A stretch of DNA of 64,000 nucleotides from an uncultured Chloroflexia bacterium (GCA_963722105.1 CAVRKQ010000001.1:13686-77685), one strand, 5' to 3'. Counted from the first letter of the stretch, positions 42,047 through 51,647 are shown. Notes: generated by a model from the sequence alone, not told the origin. Numbers and translations are program-made.

Positions 42047-42100
42047 CGCGGACACTGGAGCCTCGCGGCTCAGCACCTTCCGCGCCCGTATCCTGAGCAG

Positions 42101-43504
42101 GTGGCGCGCCACCCCTTCGCCGCCGTCAACCTGATCAGCGACCCCATCCACGGCTACGTCGAGCTGACGAAGCGGCTGTCACGCGCCGAGTCTGCCGCCG
42201 CCGGCCTGCCGGACGAGGATGCGGCCGAGGGCGACCTCCTCGACACCGCGTGGCTCCAGCGCCTCCGCCGGATCAGCCAGCTCCAGAGCGCCCGCTGGGT
42301 CTTCCCGACCGCGGAGCACTCGCGGTTCACCCACGGGCTCGGCGTCATGCACGAAGCAGGGCTGTGGGCCCGGGCGCTGCTGCCATCGCTGCGGTCCGAG
42401 CTGCCGTCCCTGGCGCCCGATGAGCCGATGCCCTCCGAGGGGCTGGTGGTCGAGACGCTCCGGATCGCGGGGCTCCTGCACGACGTCGGGCACGGGCCGT
42501 TCGCCCACTTCTTCGACGATCGGGTGCTCGAGGCCTTCCCCGCTCCCGAGGATGCCCGCCGCGGCGCCGGCAAGCGCCTCTCCCACGAGGACCTCTCCCA
42601 GCTGATCATCGAGCGGGAGCTCGGCTCCATGATCCGGGCGCTGCGACGCGCGCCCGGCGCGACGCCGGAGCACGACGCCTTGGGCGATGCCGAGGCGATC
42701 GATCCGCGGTGGGTGTCGTTCCTCGTCTCGAAGCCGGCGCTGGTGGACGCTTCAATGCCGGCCTGGGTCCGGCTCCTCCAGCCGCTCCTCTCCGGGGTCT
42801 TCACGGTCGACAACCTGGACTATGTCCGGCGCGACGCGTTCTTCACGGGGGTGCGGGTCGGGATCGACGTCGAGCGGCTCCGGCGGTACGCGTTCGTCTC
42901 GGAGCGCGGCCTGACGCTCTACGAGCCGGGTGTCGCGGCGCTCGAGGGGTTCCTGAACGCCCGGCTGCTGCTCCACCAGGCGGTCTACTTCCATCGGACC
43001 GTCCGCGCGATCGACCTGGATCTCGGCAAGGTGTTCCAGCCCGCGATCGCCGCGCTGTTCGGCGACGACTCTCCAGCCGCCCGTCTCTCCGACTACGTGG
43101 ACCTCGACGAGTACGCGCTGCTCCACCAGGCCGCCCGCTGGGCGCGCGGCGAGGATGTCCTGGCCGACAACGCCCCGGCGGAGCCCGGAAGCGGGCGCGT
43201 CTCGCGCGCCGTGGCCGACGGCTGGCGCGGCATCCTGCTTCGGCGACCCGGCTGGCGCGCGGACGCGGAGATGCGGGCGTCGTATGAGGCCGGCGGCGAG
43301 CCGGCGGCCGACATCGCACGGTTGGGAGCGGCAGAGCCGGGCCGTGTCGCGATCGACCTTGCGGTAGTCGATGCCCGGCCGAATGGCGGCGGGAGGCTCG
43401 CCATCGAGGGCCGCGACGGCGGGGAGATCGGTCTGAAGGAGGCGCTCGGCCGGGTGCCGGGGTTCGCGCTCATCGGACGACGCTACCGACGGGTCGAGAG
43501 CTAG
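42101..43504 (+). CDS. HD-domain phosphohydrolase (SAMHD1/dNTPase-like)
   Basis: DPIHG, QRLRRISQL, EHSRFTHGLG, LLHDVGHGPFAH, SHE, DNLDYVRRD, VYFH. Confidence 0.9.
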   Translation: MARHPFAAVNLISDPIHGYVELTKRLSRAESAAAGLPDEDAAEGDLLDTAWLQRLRRISQLQSARWVFPTAEHSRFTHGLGVMHEAGLWARALLPSLRSELPSLAPDEPMPSEGLVVETLRIAGLLHDVGHGPFAHFFDDRVLEAFPAPEDARRGAGKRLSHEDLSQLIIERELGSMIRALRRAPGATPEHDALGDAEAIDPRWVSFLVSKPALVDASMPAWVRLLQPLLSGVFTVDNLDYVRRDAFFTGVRVGIDVERLRRYAFVSERGLTLYEPGVAALEGFLNARLLLHQAVYFHRTVRAIDLDLGKVFQPAIAALFGDDSPAARLSDYVDLDEYALLHQAARWARGEDVLADNAPAEPGSGRVSRAVADGWRGILLRRPGWRADAEMRASYEAGGEPAADIARLGAAEPGRVAIDLAVVDARPNGGGRLAIEGRDGGEIGLKEALGRVPGFALIGRRYRRVES

Positions 43505-43524
43505 CGAGTCCAGGCCCCGCAGGG

Positions 43525-44472
43525 CTACCGGGCGCCCCAGCCCCAGGCGATGTCCGCGGTTGCGGGCGGCGGCAGCACGAGCAGCGGCTCGATGCGGGCG
43601 ATCTCGAATGGCGGCAGCTTGTTCTTCTTGGCGATCTTCGGATCGAGCGCCAGCACCGACGTCTCGTTCGGGTTGAACAGCGCGTAATGGAGGTGGCAGC
43701 CGGTCGCATTGCCGCTGGCGCCCTCCCAGCCGATGAGGTCGCCGACCTCGACCGTGTCGCCCTTCTGGACCGTTGCCACCCCGAGATGCGCGTAGATGCT
43801 CCGATAGCCGTTGCCGTCGTCGATCACCACGGTGATCGCCTGCGTTCCCCAGGCGTCGTCGGCGTCGAGCTTCGCGCGGAACGCCGTGAGATCCCCGACC
43901 CAGCCCAGGAGGCCCTGCGTTCGGCGACCGGCGCCGAGGACCACGCCGTCATGTGCCGCGGTGATCCGCGCGCCGCAGAACGACGCGATGTCGATCCCGT
44001 CGTGGAACGGTTTCCCGTCGAGCGAGAAGCTGGACGGCCTGCCCGAACCGTAGCCGTTGGTGATGCGTGCGCTGCGCAGCGGCCATTGGTAGCCGTCGAG
44101 CAGCGGCGCCGGAAGCGGATCCTCCGCGCTCGGACCAGCGTCGTCGCTCGGTGCCGGCGTGGCCCCGACGCTGGGCTCGGGGCCCGTGACGCCGTCGCCG
44201 TGCGGACCGATCGATGCGGGCGCGGCGGTGGCTACGGCGACCGGCACCAGCCTGGTCGTGGCTGCGGCGGCGGCCGTCGACGCGGGCGCGCTCGAGGAAC
44301 CCAGCCCGTCCCACGGCCGGAGGACAAGCGCGAGCAGCGCGATCGCGACGATCGAGAGGATTGAGCCCGGGCCGGGGCGCGCCCGGCGCGGAGAGTGTTC
44401 GCTTGGTGGTGGGAGGCGGTGGGCGTGCTCGAACCGGCGGCGCGAGCCGCGTGTCGGGTCGCCGGCCGGCAC
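43525..44472 (-). CDS. M23-family metallopeptidase
   Basis: FHDGIDIA, YAHL, TGCHLHY; N-terminal anchor; start uncertain. Confidence 0.88.
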   Translation of the reverse strand: MPAGDPTRGSRRRFEHAHRLPPPSEHSPRRARPGPGSILSIVAIALLALVLRPWDGLGSSSAPASTAAAAATTRLVPVAVATAAPASIGPHGDGVTGPEPSVGATPAPSDDAGPSAEDPLPAPLLDGYQWPLRSARITNGYGSGRPSSFSLDGKPFHDGIDIASFCGARITAAHDGVVLGAGRRTQGLLGWVGDLTAFRAKLDADDAWGTQAITVVIDDGNGYRSIYAHLGVATVQKGDTVEVGDLIGWEGASGNATGCHLHYALFNPNETSVLALDPKIAKKNKLPPFEIARIEPLLVLPPPATADIAWGWGAR

Positions 44473-44478
44473 TCCTGT

Positions 44479-44889
44479 CTAGCCCTTGGCCCGCATGCGG
44501 TTGTTCTTGGCGTCGTGCGTCAGCTCGGCCAGCCCGAGGGCCTCCATGAGCGGCGGCATGTACATCCCGAATCGCCCGCGGTAGCCCTTGCGCAGCCCGT
44601 ACCAGCCGCCGACCGGGTTCGAGGCGGCGCGACCCCAGGCCTCGACCGTGCCGTCCTTGGCGTCCTTCTGCTCGTCGGCGGCGCCGAGATCCACCCAGTC
44701 CCCGTGGGCCTTGAGCATGGCGTGCAGGTCGTCGATCGCGCGGCGGTCGTACTTCAGGGTCGTCGACCCGACCTGGCAGACGATCGCGGGTGGGTCGCCC
44801 GCCTCATCGATGAACATCGTGTAGTCGCTCGTGCCCGGGGGCGTTTTCAGAACCCAGGGGTCTGCCTTCGTGCCGCTGCCTGTCGCCAT
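44479..44889 (-). CDS. Conserved hypothetical protein (DUF6855-like, recalled from memory)
   Basis: SD GGAGG; GTKADPWVLKTPPGTS..NPVGGWYGLRKGYRGRFGMY. Confidence 0.75.
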   Translation of the reverse strand: MATGSGTKADPWVLKTPPGTSDYTMFIDEAGDPPAIVCQVGSTTLKYDRRAIDDLHAMLKAHGDWVDLGAADEQKDAKDGTVEAWGRAASNPVGGWYGLRKGYRGRFGMYMPPLMEALGLAELTHDAKNNRMRAKG

Positions 44890-44929
44890 GTCGGTGTCTC
44901 CTCCAGCGTCGCTCGCCATCCGGCGCAAC

Positions 44930-44947
44930 GGTAACCGCGAGGTTACC
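44930..44947. promoter_or_regulatory. Palindrome GGTAACC-GCGA-GGTTACC
   Basis: Perfect 7-bp arms between the divergent CDS and tRNA. Confidence 0.45.
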
Positions 44948-45027
44948 AAGTTCCTCCCGACGCCGGCTGCGCGTTCGACCACGGCGAGCGTAGCCCACGG
45001 GTCGGCTGCGCTACGCTGCCCCGGCGC

Positions 45028-45104
45028 GCGCCCGTAGCTCAGTGGACCAGAGCATGTGGCTTCGGACCACAGGGTCGGGGGTTCGAATCCCTCCGGGCGC
45101 GCCA
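45028..45104 (+). tRNA. tRNA-Arg (anticodon TCG)
   Basis: Acceptor GCGCCCG/CGGGCGC, D-stem GCTC/GAGC, anticodon arm TGTGG-CTTCGGA-CCACA, T-arm GGGGG-TTCGAAT-CCCTC, G-CCA end; TACGCT upstream. Confidence 0.96.
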
Positions 45105-45224
45105 CCCTCCTCGAGATCGCTCGGAGGCGCTTGCTCCGGACCAGTCGGAACACCAGGGGACCGTACTTGTCGAGGTGGGTCATCTCGAACGAGAGCGCGG
45201 CGCCCATGAGCCGGGTGAGGCCGG

Positions 45225-46367
45225 TCAGGCTGCGGCCCGCGGCGATGTCCGTCGAAAGAGCAGTCCGGGTAGCCCCGCCGCGGCGGCGACGGCGATGACC
45301 GCGAGGGGGAGTGCGACCAGGGCGAGCGACAGCCCGACGATCGCGGGGGCGCCGAGGAGGGCCAGCGATCGAAAGGTGCCAGAAAGCGCGAGGGCGTCGC
45401 CGTGCTCCTGCTCGCCCGCCGCCAGCGCGACGAGCGCGGGAGCGAGACCCGTCACGCATCCGGCCGCGCCGCCACCCAGGATGAGGAAGCCCGCGTACGC
45501 CACCGCGGTGTGCGGCGCGAGGGCGATCCCGACCAGCGCCACCATCTCGATGAACGCTCCGGCTCGGACGATCCGCGGGACCCGGCCGACCGGCGTCCGC
45601 CGGAGCACGACGAGCATCGCTGCTCCGGCGCCCTCGGACAGTGTCACGAGCAGCCCGATGACGGACGGCACGAGTCCGGCTCCGACGAGGATCACCGGCA
45701 CGTACGAGCCGATCATCGACCACCACACCCCGCCGACGACGTTCGCCCAGCAGGCCATGTCGACGCCCGGACGTCGCAGGAGCCGCAGCGCGCCACCGGA
45801 CTGGCGCCGGTCGTAGGGCGGGAAGGCCCGCATGAAGGGCGCCCCGACGAGCGTGATCGAGACGGCCAGCACGGCCCCGGCAAGCGCCACCGGCAGGCCG
45901 ATCGTCGCGAGCACCCCGGCGAGCACCGGGCCGGTCAGTGTCCCGGCGTTGCCGGCGAGGTTGAGATCGACGAGCCGCTTGACCGGCTCACCGCCCGACC
46001 TGAGTGCGTGCGTCTGGCTCGCCGTCCAGAAGAGGGCCCGCGAGGCGCCAAGAACGGCCTGGGCAACGAGGAAGCCGGGCAGCTCGGTCGTCACGAGGAG
46101 GATTCCCAGCCCGGCGAGCATGCACGCGCCCGCGAGCGCGATGAGCAACCGGTCGGCGAACCGCCCGAGCAGCCAGGGAAGCGCGAATCTCGCGACCAGC
46201 TGCGAACCCGCGGACACGGCGACCAGGAACCCGATGGTCGCCGGCTCGTAGCCGGCATCGAGGGCCACGAGCGGGATCGCCACGATCGCGATCCCGAGCG
46301 ACAGCGCGAAGGCAAAGGCAACCGTCAGCGCGAGCGGCCGGTCGCTCCGCTGCATCTCCGCGCTCAT
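45225..46367 (-). CDS. MFS transporter
   Basis: 380 aa, many TM helices, loop motif LLGRFADR; TAGGCT 6 nt before ATG. Confidence 0.82.
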   Translation of the reverse strand: MSAEMQRSDRPLALTVAFAFALSLGIAIVAIPLVALDAGYEPATIGFLVAVSAGSQLVARFALPWLLGRFADRLLIALAGACMLAGLGILLVTTELPGFLVAQAVLGASRALFWTASQTHALRSGGEPVKRLVDLNLAGNAGTLTGPVLAGVLATIGLPVALAGAVLAVSITLVGAPFMRAFPPYDRRQSGGALRLLRRPGVDMACWANVVGGVWWSMIGSYVPVILVGAGLVPSVIGLLVTLSEGAGAAMLVVLRRTPVGRVPRIVRAGAFIEMVALVGIALAPHTAVAYAGFLILGGGAAGCVTGLAPALVALAAGEQEHGDALALSGTFRSLALLGAPAIVGLSLALVALPLAVIAVAAAAGLPGLLFRRTSPRAAA

Positions 46368-46443
46368 GCCCGGAGCCTACGTGGGAACCGAGCTTGCGGC
46401 GGACGTCGTAGAGCCCGTCGCCCGCCGTTCCCGATGCGCGAAC

Positions 46444-49098
46444 CTAGAACTGCGGCGCGCCCGCCCGGAGGAATGAGTCGAAATCGACCCTCGGCCGCCC
46501 GGACGTTCCGAGCACCTTGACCATGATCGTGTGACTCGCGAGGTCGGTCCACGACGTCTGGTAGGCGAGCACGCGGTACTTCGTCGAAGAGGCGTAGAGG
46601 TCGACCGTCGCCATCTTCACCCCGTCGATCCAGATCTCGGCCTTGCCACGGCTCGGACCCTTCGTCGAGACGAACCCGATCGCGCGGCCGGTGAACGTGT
46701 AGGTCGCCGTCGCTCCCGCGGCGGTCGCGTACTTCGTCGACCCGCCGAGATACTTCGAATTCGAGGATGTCGACCACGTCTTGACGTAGGCGATGTTCAC
46801 CGAGCTCGGCACGGAGAAGAAGCTCACCGGTACGTGCACGGCCTGCCCGGTGTTGCCGGCGCGGTCCGTGCCGTACAGGTTCATGTCCCACGCGTACGAC
46901 GAGTCGAGGTTGAACGACCGCGTGAAGTTCGTCGTCGCGGCCGTCGTGACCTTCGTGTAGAACGCCTCGGTCGGCTCCACGCGGGCTTCGTCATAGGTGA
47001 AGCTCGCGAGGCCGCTGCTGGCGTCGGACGCCGTCCACGAGATCCTGATCGGCACCTTGAGACCGATCGTGCCGGTCGTGAACGCAACCCGAATGGGCCC
47101 GACGGTTGGCTCGACGGTATCGATGGTGATGGTCTGGCTTGTCGGCGTGGACCAGGTGCCGTCCCAGGCCTGCCACTGGCCGTAGACGGTCATGGTTTCA
47201 CCGTCCGGGGTGCCGCCGAGCTCGGCGCTGCCGAAGTCGTCCCACAGGTCGCTGAGGGAGGGAACGGTCTTGCCATTCGTGAGGAACGGGCCGTCGGCGG
47301 TGTCGTCGACGGTCGCCGACGCGGAATACCGGAACGCCCTGATCGGGCTCGTTGACGTCGGGCGGAGGACGAGCCCGAGGGTTCGGGTGTTCGAGAAGCC
47401 GGTGCCGTTCCCGACCTTGGACAGGCTGCCACCCGGGTCGCCGGTCTGGCCGCCCCGGAGCTGCGTGGTCCATGTCCCCCAGTGCTGCTCGTCGCGCTCG
47501 CGCAGGGCGACCGCCGAGTAGACGCCGACCACCGCTCGGCTGTCGTTGGGAACGGCGATGACCGAGCCGACGGTGCCGAAGTAGTCGTCGCCGATCGTGG
47601 TCGCTCCCTCGAGGATCGTCACCTCGAGATCACCCGTCAGGAGGCTCCCGCCGGACGGGCGATACGTCGCCATCTCGTCGATCGGCTCCTGGGCAAGCGC
47701 GGACGACGTGGCCATCAGGTAGTAGGCACCGCCATCGCGCGAGAAGCCGACGAGGGGCAGGAAGGTGTCCCGGCCCACGTCGGTGAGGTAGACGCTCTCC
47801 GTTTCGGTCGCCGGCGTGTTCGCGGTGTTCAACAGGGTGTAGCGGGCGCAGGCGCGGGGATCCGTGTCCTCCACGAGCTGGCAGCTGCCGGTGCTCGAGA
47901 AGTAGAGCTTCCCGCTCCGCCACGTCGACGACACGACCCGCTCGTCCTGGAAGCCGTTGCCCGAGGAGAAGGCCGCGATCGCCTCCGGCGGCCCGTTGAG
48001 CAGCGAGACCTCGCCCGAGGTCGTGAGGTTCTCGTTCCGGGCGAGCTTCGCGGTCCCGGACTTGGCGCCGCCGGTGACCGTCATGAGGACGACGTTGCCC
48101 CAGGTCCCGGAAGCGAACTTGTCGCCAGCGATGTAGATCGTGGTGCTGGACGTCGTCGACGACGACGTCGGAACGTTCGTCGCGGGCGCGAGCGCGAAGT
48201 AGTTGGTGCTGGTCGACGGGGAGACATCCCGCGAGGTCACGGTGCCGCCGTCGAGCAGGTCCGTCCAGTCGGCGACCCGAAGGCGCGAGCCTTCGTACGG
48301 CTCACCGAGGCAGTTGGAGGCTTCGTCGTCGAGGTCCCAACGATCGGTGGCGAGGACGACCTTGTTGTCCGAGACGCCGATCCGGATGTGATCCGACCAG
48401 GCGTCGCCCATGGAGATCCGGAATCGTCGCCACGTGCCAAGCGGGTCCGTGGAGGTCGAGACCGCGACATTCATGTACCCGGTCGCGCAATCGGCCTTGA
48501 AGCTCGGCAACGCCGCGACGAACCGACCCTTGTAGATCGATGCGCTGACGGTGACGCCGAAGTAGAACTCGTTGTTGGGCAGGTTGAAGAAGTCCTCGAC
48601 GTTCCACTGCTCGTTCATGGTGCCGTTCGGCAGATGCGGCGCCGCCACGATCCGGTCGAAGACGCCGTACAGCGCACGACTGCCGACGATGCCGCCCGTC
48701 GCGTCGTAGTTGTTGAGCGCGGCGTAGGGCGTATGGAGCAGCGCGATGCCCGCCGCGACCGAATCGATTCCGGCGCCGGCGGACGCGCCGCCGCCCTTTC
48801 CGCCGGTCGAGGATCGCACCTGCGCACCCGCGGCCGGCCGGCCATCGGGACGCGCCCCGTCCGGATGGCGACCGAGCGGACGCAGCAAGAAGGGCTTTGT
48901 ACGGGCGTTCGATGCGCCCTCGGGGACCGTCGGGAGGTCGCTCGCGTTGAACGCCTCGCCGTCGACGACGGCCGAGCCGTGTCCCCCGGCGGAGACGTTC
49001 GGGCGCGCGGCGCCTTGCACGGGCACCGCAATACCGGCGATGAGCAGGCCCGCGGCCAGGGCCGCCACGAAGCGCGATCGAGAAGCGTGCGCGGCCAT
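46444..49098 (-). CDS. Large secreted beta-rich protein with FN3-like and conserved C-terminal beta-sandwich domains
   Basis: SD GGGAGGG; signal peptide; AVSTSTDPLGTW; Ser/Thr/Gly-rich; ISWTASD..TDRAGN; C-terminal TKGPSRGKA domain. Confidence 0.8.
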   Translation of the reverse strand: MAAHASRSRFVAALAAGLLIAGIAVPVQGAARPNVSAGGHGSAVVDGEAFNASDLPTVPEGASNARTKPFLLRPLGRHPDGARPDGRPAAGAQVRSSTGGKGGGASAGAGIDSVAAGIALLHTPYAALNNYDATGGIVGSRALYGVFDRIVAAPHLPNGTMNEQWNVEDFFNLPNNEFYFGVTVSASIYKGRFVAALPSFKADCATGYMNVAVSTSTDPLGTWRRFRISMGDAWSDHIRIGVSDNKVVLATDRWDLDDEASNCLGEPYEGSRLRVADWTDLLDGGTVTSRDVSPSTSTNYFALAPATNVPTSSSTTSSTTIYIAGDKFASGTWGNVVLMTVTGGAKSGTAKLARNENLTTSGEVSLLNGPPEAIAAFSSGNGFQDERVVSSTWRSGKLYFSSTGSCQLVEDTDPRACARYTLLNTANTPATETESVYLTDVGRDTFLPLVGFSRDGGAYYLMATSSALAQEPIDEMATYRPSGGSLLTGDLEVTILEGATTIGDDYFGTVGSVIAVPNDSRAVVGVYSAVALRERDEQHWGTWTTQLRGGQTGDPGGSLSKVGNGTGFSNTRTLGLVLRPTSTSPIRAFRYSASATVDDTADGPFLTNGKTVPSLSDLWDDFGSAELGGTPDGETMTVYGQWQAWDGTWSTPTSQTITIDTVEPTVGPIRVAFTTGTIGLKVPIRISWTASDASSGLASFTYDEARVEPTEAFYTKVTTAATTNFTRSFNLDSSYAWDMNLYGTDRAGNTGQAVHVPVSFFSVPSSVNIAYVKTWSTSSNSKYLGGSTKYATAAGATATYTFTGRAIGFVSTKGPSRGKAEIWIDGVKMATVDLYASSTKYRVLAYQTSWTDLASHTIMVKVLGTSGRPRVDFDSFLRAGAPQF

Positions 49099-49239
49099 CG
49101 AACCCTCCCAGCGACCCGCTCGGACCGGCGCGTCCTCCACGCGACGAGGTCCGGGCGCGAGGCTACGGCACGACGCCCGCGCAGTCCATCGCGATTTTTC
49201 CCGGGCTCAGCGCGCCCGAGGCGGAAATCGAAGTCGGGA

Positions 49240-50097
49240 TCAGGCCGGAACGGCCACCTTCACGTCCTTCTCGATCGGGACGCCGACGAGGCTGCCGTAC
49301 TCGGTCCAGGAGCCGTCGTAGTTGCGAACCCGGTCGAAGCCGAGGAGCTCGTGCAGGACGAACCAGGTGTGGCTCGACCGCTCGCCGATGCGGCAGTACG
49401 CGATCACGTCCTTGTCGGCCGTGATGCCCTTCGCGCCGTAGAGCTCGCGGAGCTCATCCGCGGACTTGAACGTGCCGTCGTCGTTCACGGCCTGGGCCCA
49501 CGGAATGTTCGCGGCGCCGGGAACGTGCCCGCCGCGCTGCGCGCCCTCCTGCGGGAGCGCAGCGGGAGCGAGGAGCTCGCCGGAGAACTCCGCCGGGGAG
49601 CGAACGTCCACCAGCGCTCCGGAATCGATCTGCGCGAGGACGTCGTCCCGGAACGCCCGGTGGCTGAAGTCCGGCTCGCCGAGGGTGATCCCGGTGCTGG
49701 GATAGCTCGCGACTTCCGTCGAGCTCGGGCGGCCCTGGGCGACCCAGAGCTTCCGGCCGCCGTCGAGGATCCTGACGTCGTCGATCCCGAAGAGCTTCAG
49801 CTGCCAGTACGCCCAGGCGGCGAACCAGTTGTTGTTATCGCCGTACAGGACGATGGTCGTGTCCGGCCCGATTCCCGAAGCGCCCAGGAGCTTCTCGAGC
49901 TCCTCGCGGCTGACGATGTCGCGCCGGATCCCGTCCGAGAGCTGGCTCGTCCAGTTCCACCCGATCGCGCCGGGGATGTGGGCCTCGTCGTAGGCCGCGG
50001 TGTCGACGTCGACCTCGACGAAGCGGACGTACGGATCATCGATGTGCTGCTGCGCCCAGTCGGCGTCGACCAGGACGTCCTTGGCATACGCGGTCAT
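49240..50097 (-). CDS. Tandem-rhodanese sulfurtransferase (CysA/SseA-like)
   Basis: SD AAGGGGAGG; YDEAHIPGA, YGDNNNWFAA, LDGG, DVRS..EFSG, GHVPGA, YCRIGERS, NYDGSWTEYG. Confidence 0.93.
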   Translation of the reverse strand: MTAYAKDVLVDADWAQQHIDDPYVRFVEVDVDTAAYDEAHIPGAIGWNWTSQLSDGIRRDIVSREELEKLLGASGIGPDTTIVLYGDNNNWFAAWAYWQLKLFGIDDVRILDGGRKLWVAQGRPSSTEVASYPSTGITLGEPDFSHRAFRDDVLAQIDSGALVDVRSPAEFSGELLAPAALPQEGAQRGGHVPGAANIPWAQAVNDDGTFKSADELRELYGAKGITADKDVIAYCRIGERSSHTWFVLHELLGFDRVRNYDGSWTEYGSLVGVPIEKDVKVAVPA

Positions 50098-50131
50098 GTT
50101 CCTCCCCTTCCTTGGTGCTGCGGTTTGGAGC

Positions 50132-50644
50132 CTATCGAGCGATGGCGATGGCCTCGGTCGCGGGCGTGCTCGGCGTACCCGAACGGCCGCCGACGAGGCG
50201 ATCGAAGAGCGCGGGCACGTACCACCGGAGCCCGTAGAGGCGGCAGCCAAGGCAGTAGCCCGTGGCGGCGAGCAGTGTCTGGAGCGCGGCGACGGCGCCC
50301 GCGAGCAGCCAGCCGCCGGCGCCGAGGCCGACCGCGAACAGCCCGGTTGCGAGCGTCAGCCCGACAAAGCCAAGCAGCTGCGCGAACCGCGGCGGGAACT
50401 CGGACTCGAGCTCCGCCGGCGCGCCGAGACGCAGCGCATGGCGGACGATCGGCCACGGCCTGCCGAGGATCGACCAGCGCGTCCCGAAGAAGGCGCTGAC
50501 GCCGAGCGCGACGCCGATGAGCGGGACCACGATCGGGAGGCCGGCCACGAAGCCGGCGACGAGGATGACGACGGACAGACCCGCGCCGAAGCGGTGGCCG
50601 CGGGGGTCGATCCGTCGGGGTGGGTTCGATGGTGCAGGGGTCAT
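50132..50644 (-). CDS. DUF4395-like membrane protein
   Basis: IDPRGHRFGA, PPRFAQLLG, TGYCLGCRLY. Confidence 0.85.
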   Translation of the reverse strand: MTPAPSNPPRRIDPRGHRFGAGLSVVILVAGFVAGLPIVVPLIGVALGVSAFFGTRWSILGRPWPIVRHALRLGAPAELESEFPPRFAQLLGFVGLTLATGLFAVGLGAGGWLLAGAVAALQTLLAATGYCLGCRLYGLRWYVPALFDRLVGGRSGTPSTPATEAIAIAR

Positions 50645-50763
50645 GCGAGAAGGACCTCGGTCACGAGCGGAACGCGAGGCGGCAGGACCCGGGCTTCGGA
50701 GTTCGCGGCGCCTCGCGATGGCTGGAGTCGGCGAGGCCGGACCGGATGGGTGGAGGGCGTCCC

Positions 50764-50841
50764 CTAGACGCGCCGCGACCCGACCGCAGCCGACACTCGC
50801 CGGCTACACGCGCAGGTCAGGATCGGGGTGGGCACGCGCAT
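50764..50841 (-). CDS. Candidate Cys-containing leader peptide MRVPTPILTCACSRRVSAAVGSRRV
   Basis: TAGCAT (50857-52) 10 nt before ATG, no SD; upstream of DUF4395-sulfurtransferase; followed by inverted repeats. Confidence 0.5.
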   Translation of the reverse strand: MRVPTPILTCACSRRVSAAVGSRRV

Positions 50842-50906
50842 CAGGCGCCGAATGCTAGGCGGGCTTGCCGGATCCGTCCACACCGAGCTGCGGCCGTTGC
50901 GCGCGC

Positions 50907-51647
50907 TCATGCGCCGGCGCCCCCGGGAAACCGCGGCCCGGTCTCGAGCGGCCCGGATGGCGCCTCGCGCCAGATGCCGATGGGCGTCTGCTCGTCGGTC
51001 TGGCCGAGCGGGTTGTCGTCGAAGCTCCGTTCGAGGAGCCGGACCCGGTCCTTCGGGAGGGTGCTCGCGACGCACCATGCGGGCGCGATGTCGTTGATGT
51101 CGCAGATCGCGATGTCGTAACCGGTCTGGGCCTTGAGCTTCCGCGCCGTACCCCGCGGATCGGCGGGAGCCGGGATGCACATCTCGTAGAACTCGGCGAT
51201 GCCCATGGTGTGCTCGGCATCCATCATCCGGGCGTTGAGCCCGGCCACGAGATAGAACCAGCCCTTCTTCCCGAGGAGGCGGCCGACGAGGTGGGCCACG
51301 CCTCCGAGCAGGATCCGCCAGGCGCCAGTGAGCTCGATGGCGTACTCCATCGCGTAGGGGCTCCGGAGGCCGGTGCCCCAGGTCGTCTTGACGACCCGCT
51401 CCGACATCCACCTGGCGAGACGGCCCGGATGGATCGTCCGCCAGTCGCGGGCGCGGCCCTGCATGATCGCGACGGCCGACTCGGACATGACGACGGCGTC
51501 GCCGGGCCGCAGGAACTCGCCCGCGTGCTCGCGGATGACGCCGGCCATGTCGTCACCCGGCATCAGCACGGGGGTGCGAATCGGCACGCGCTCGAAGGTT
51601 CGGCCGTCGACGACCACGGTGCGCGGCGCCGGCCCGGGGTCGCCCAT
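50907..51647 (-). CDS. CofE-like (F420:gamma-glutamyl ligase family) protein
   Basis: PIRTPVLMPGDD, VVMSESAVAIMQGR, AICDIND, DNPLGQTDEQTP; TACCAT 7 nt before ATG. Confidence 0.78.
   Translation of the reverse strand: MGDPGPAPRTVVVDGRTFERVPIRTPVLMPGDDMAGVIREHAGEFLRPGDAVVMSESAVAIMQGRARDWRTIHPGRLARWMSERVVKTTWGTGLRSPYAMEYAIELTGAWRILLGGVAHLVGRLLGKKGWFYLVAGLNARMMDAEHTMGIAEFYEMCIPAPADPRGTARKLKAQTGYDIAICDINDIAPAWCVASTLPKDRVRLLERSFDDNPLGQTDEQTPIGIWREAPSGPLETGPRFPGGAGA

Noticed and set aside
47482-50499. Very long opposite-strand or off-frame ORFs (also 30889-33591, 23963-25648, 28216-29994, 35332-37119, 57998-59794)
   Set aside because: Arg/Ala/Pro/Gly-rich shadow frames over well-supported genes, expected at this GC content
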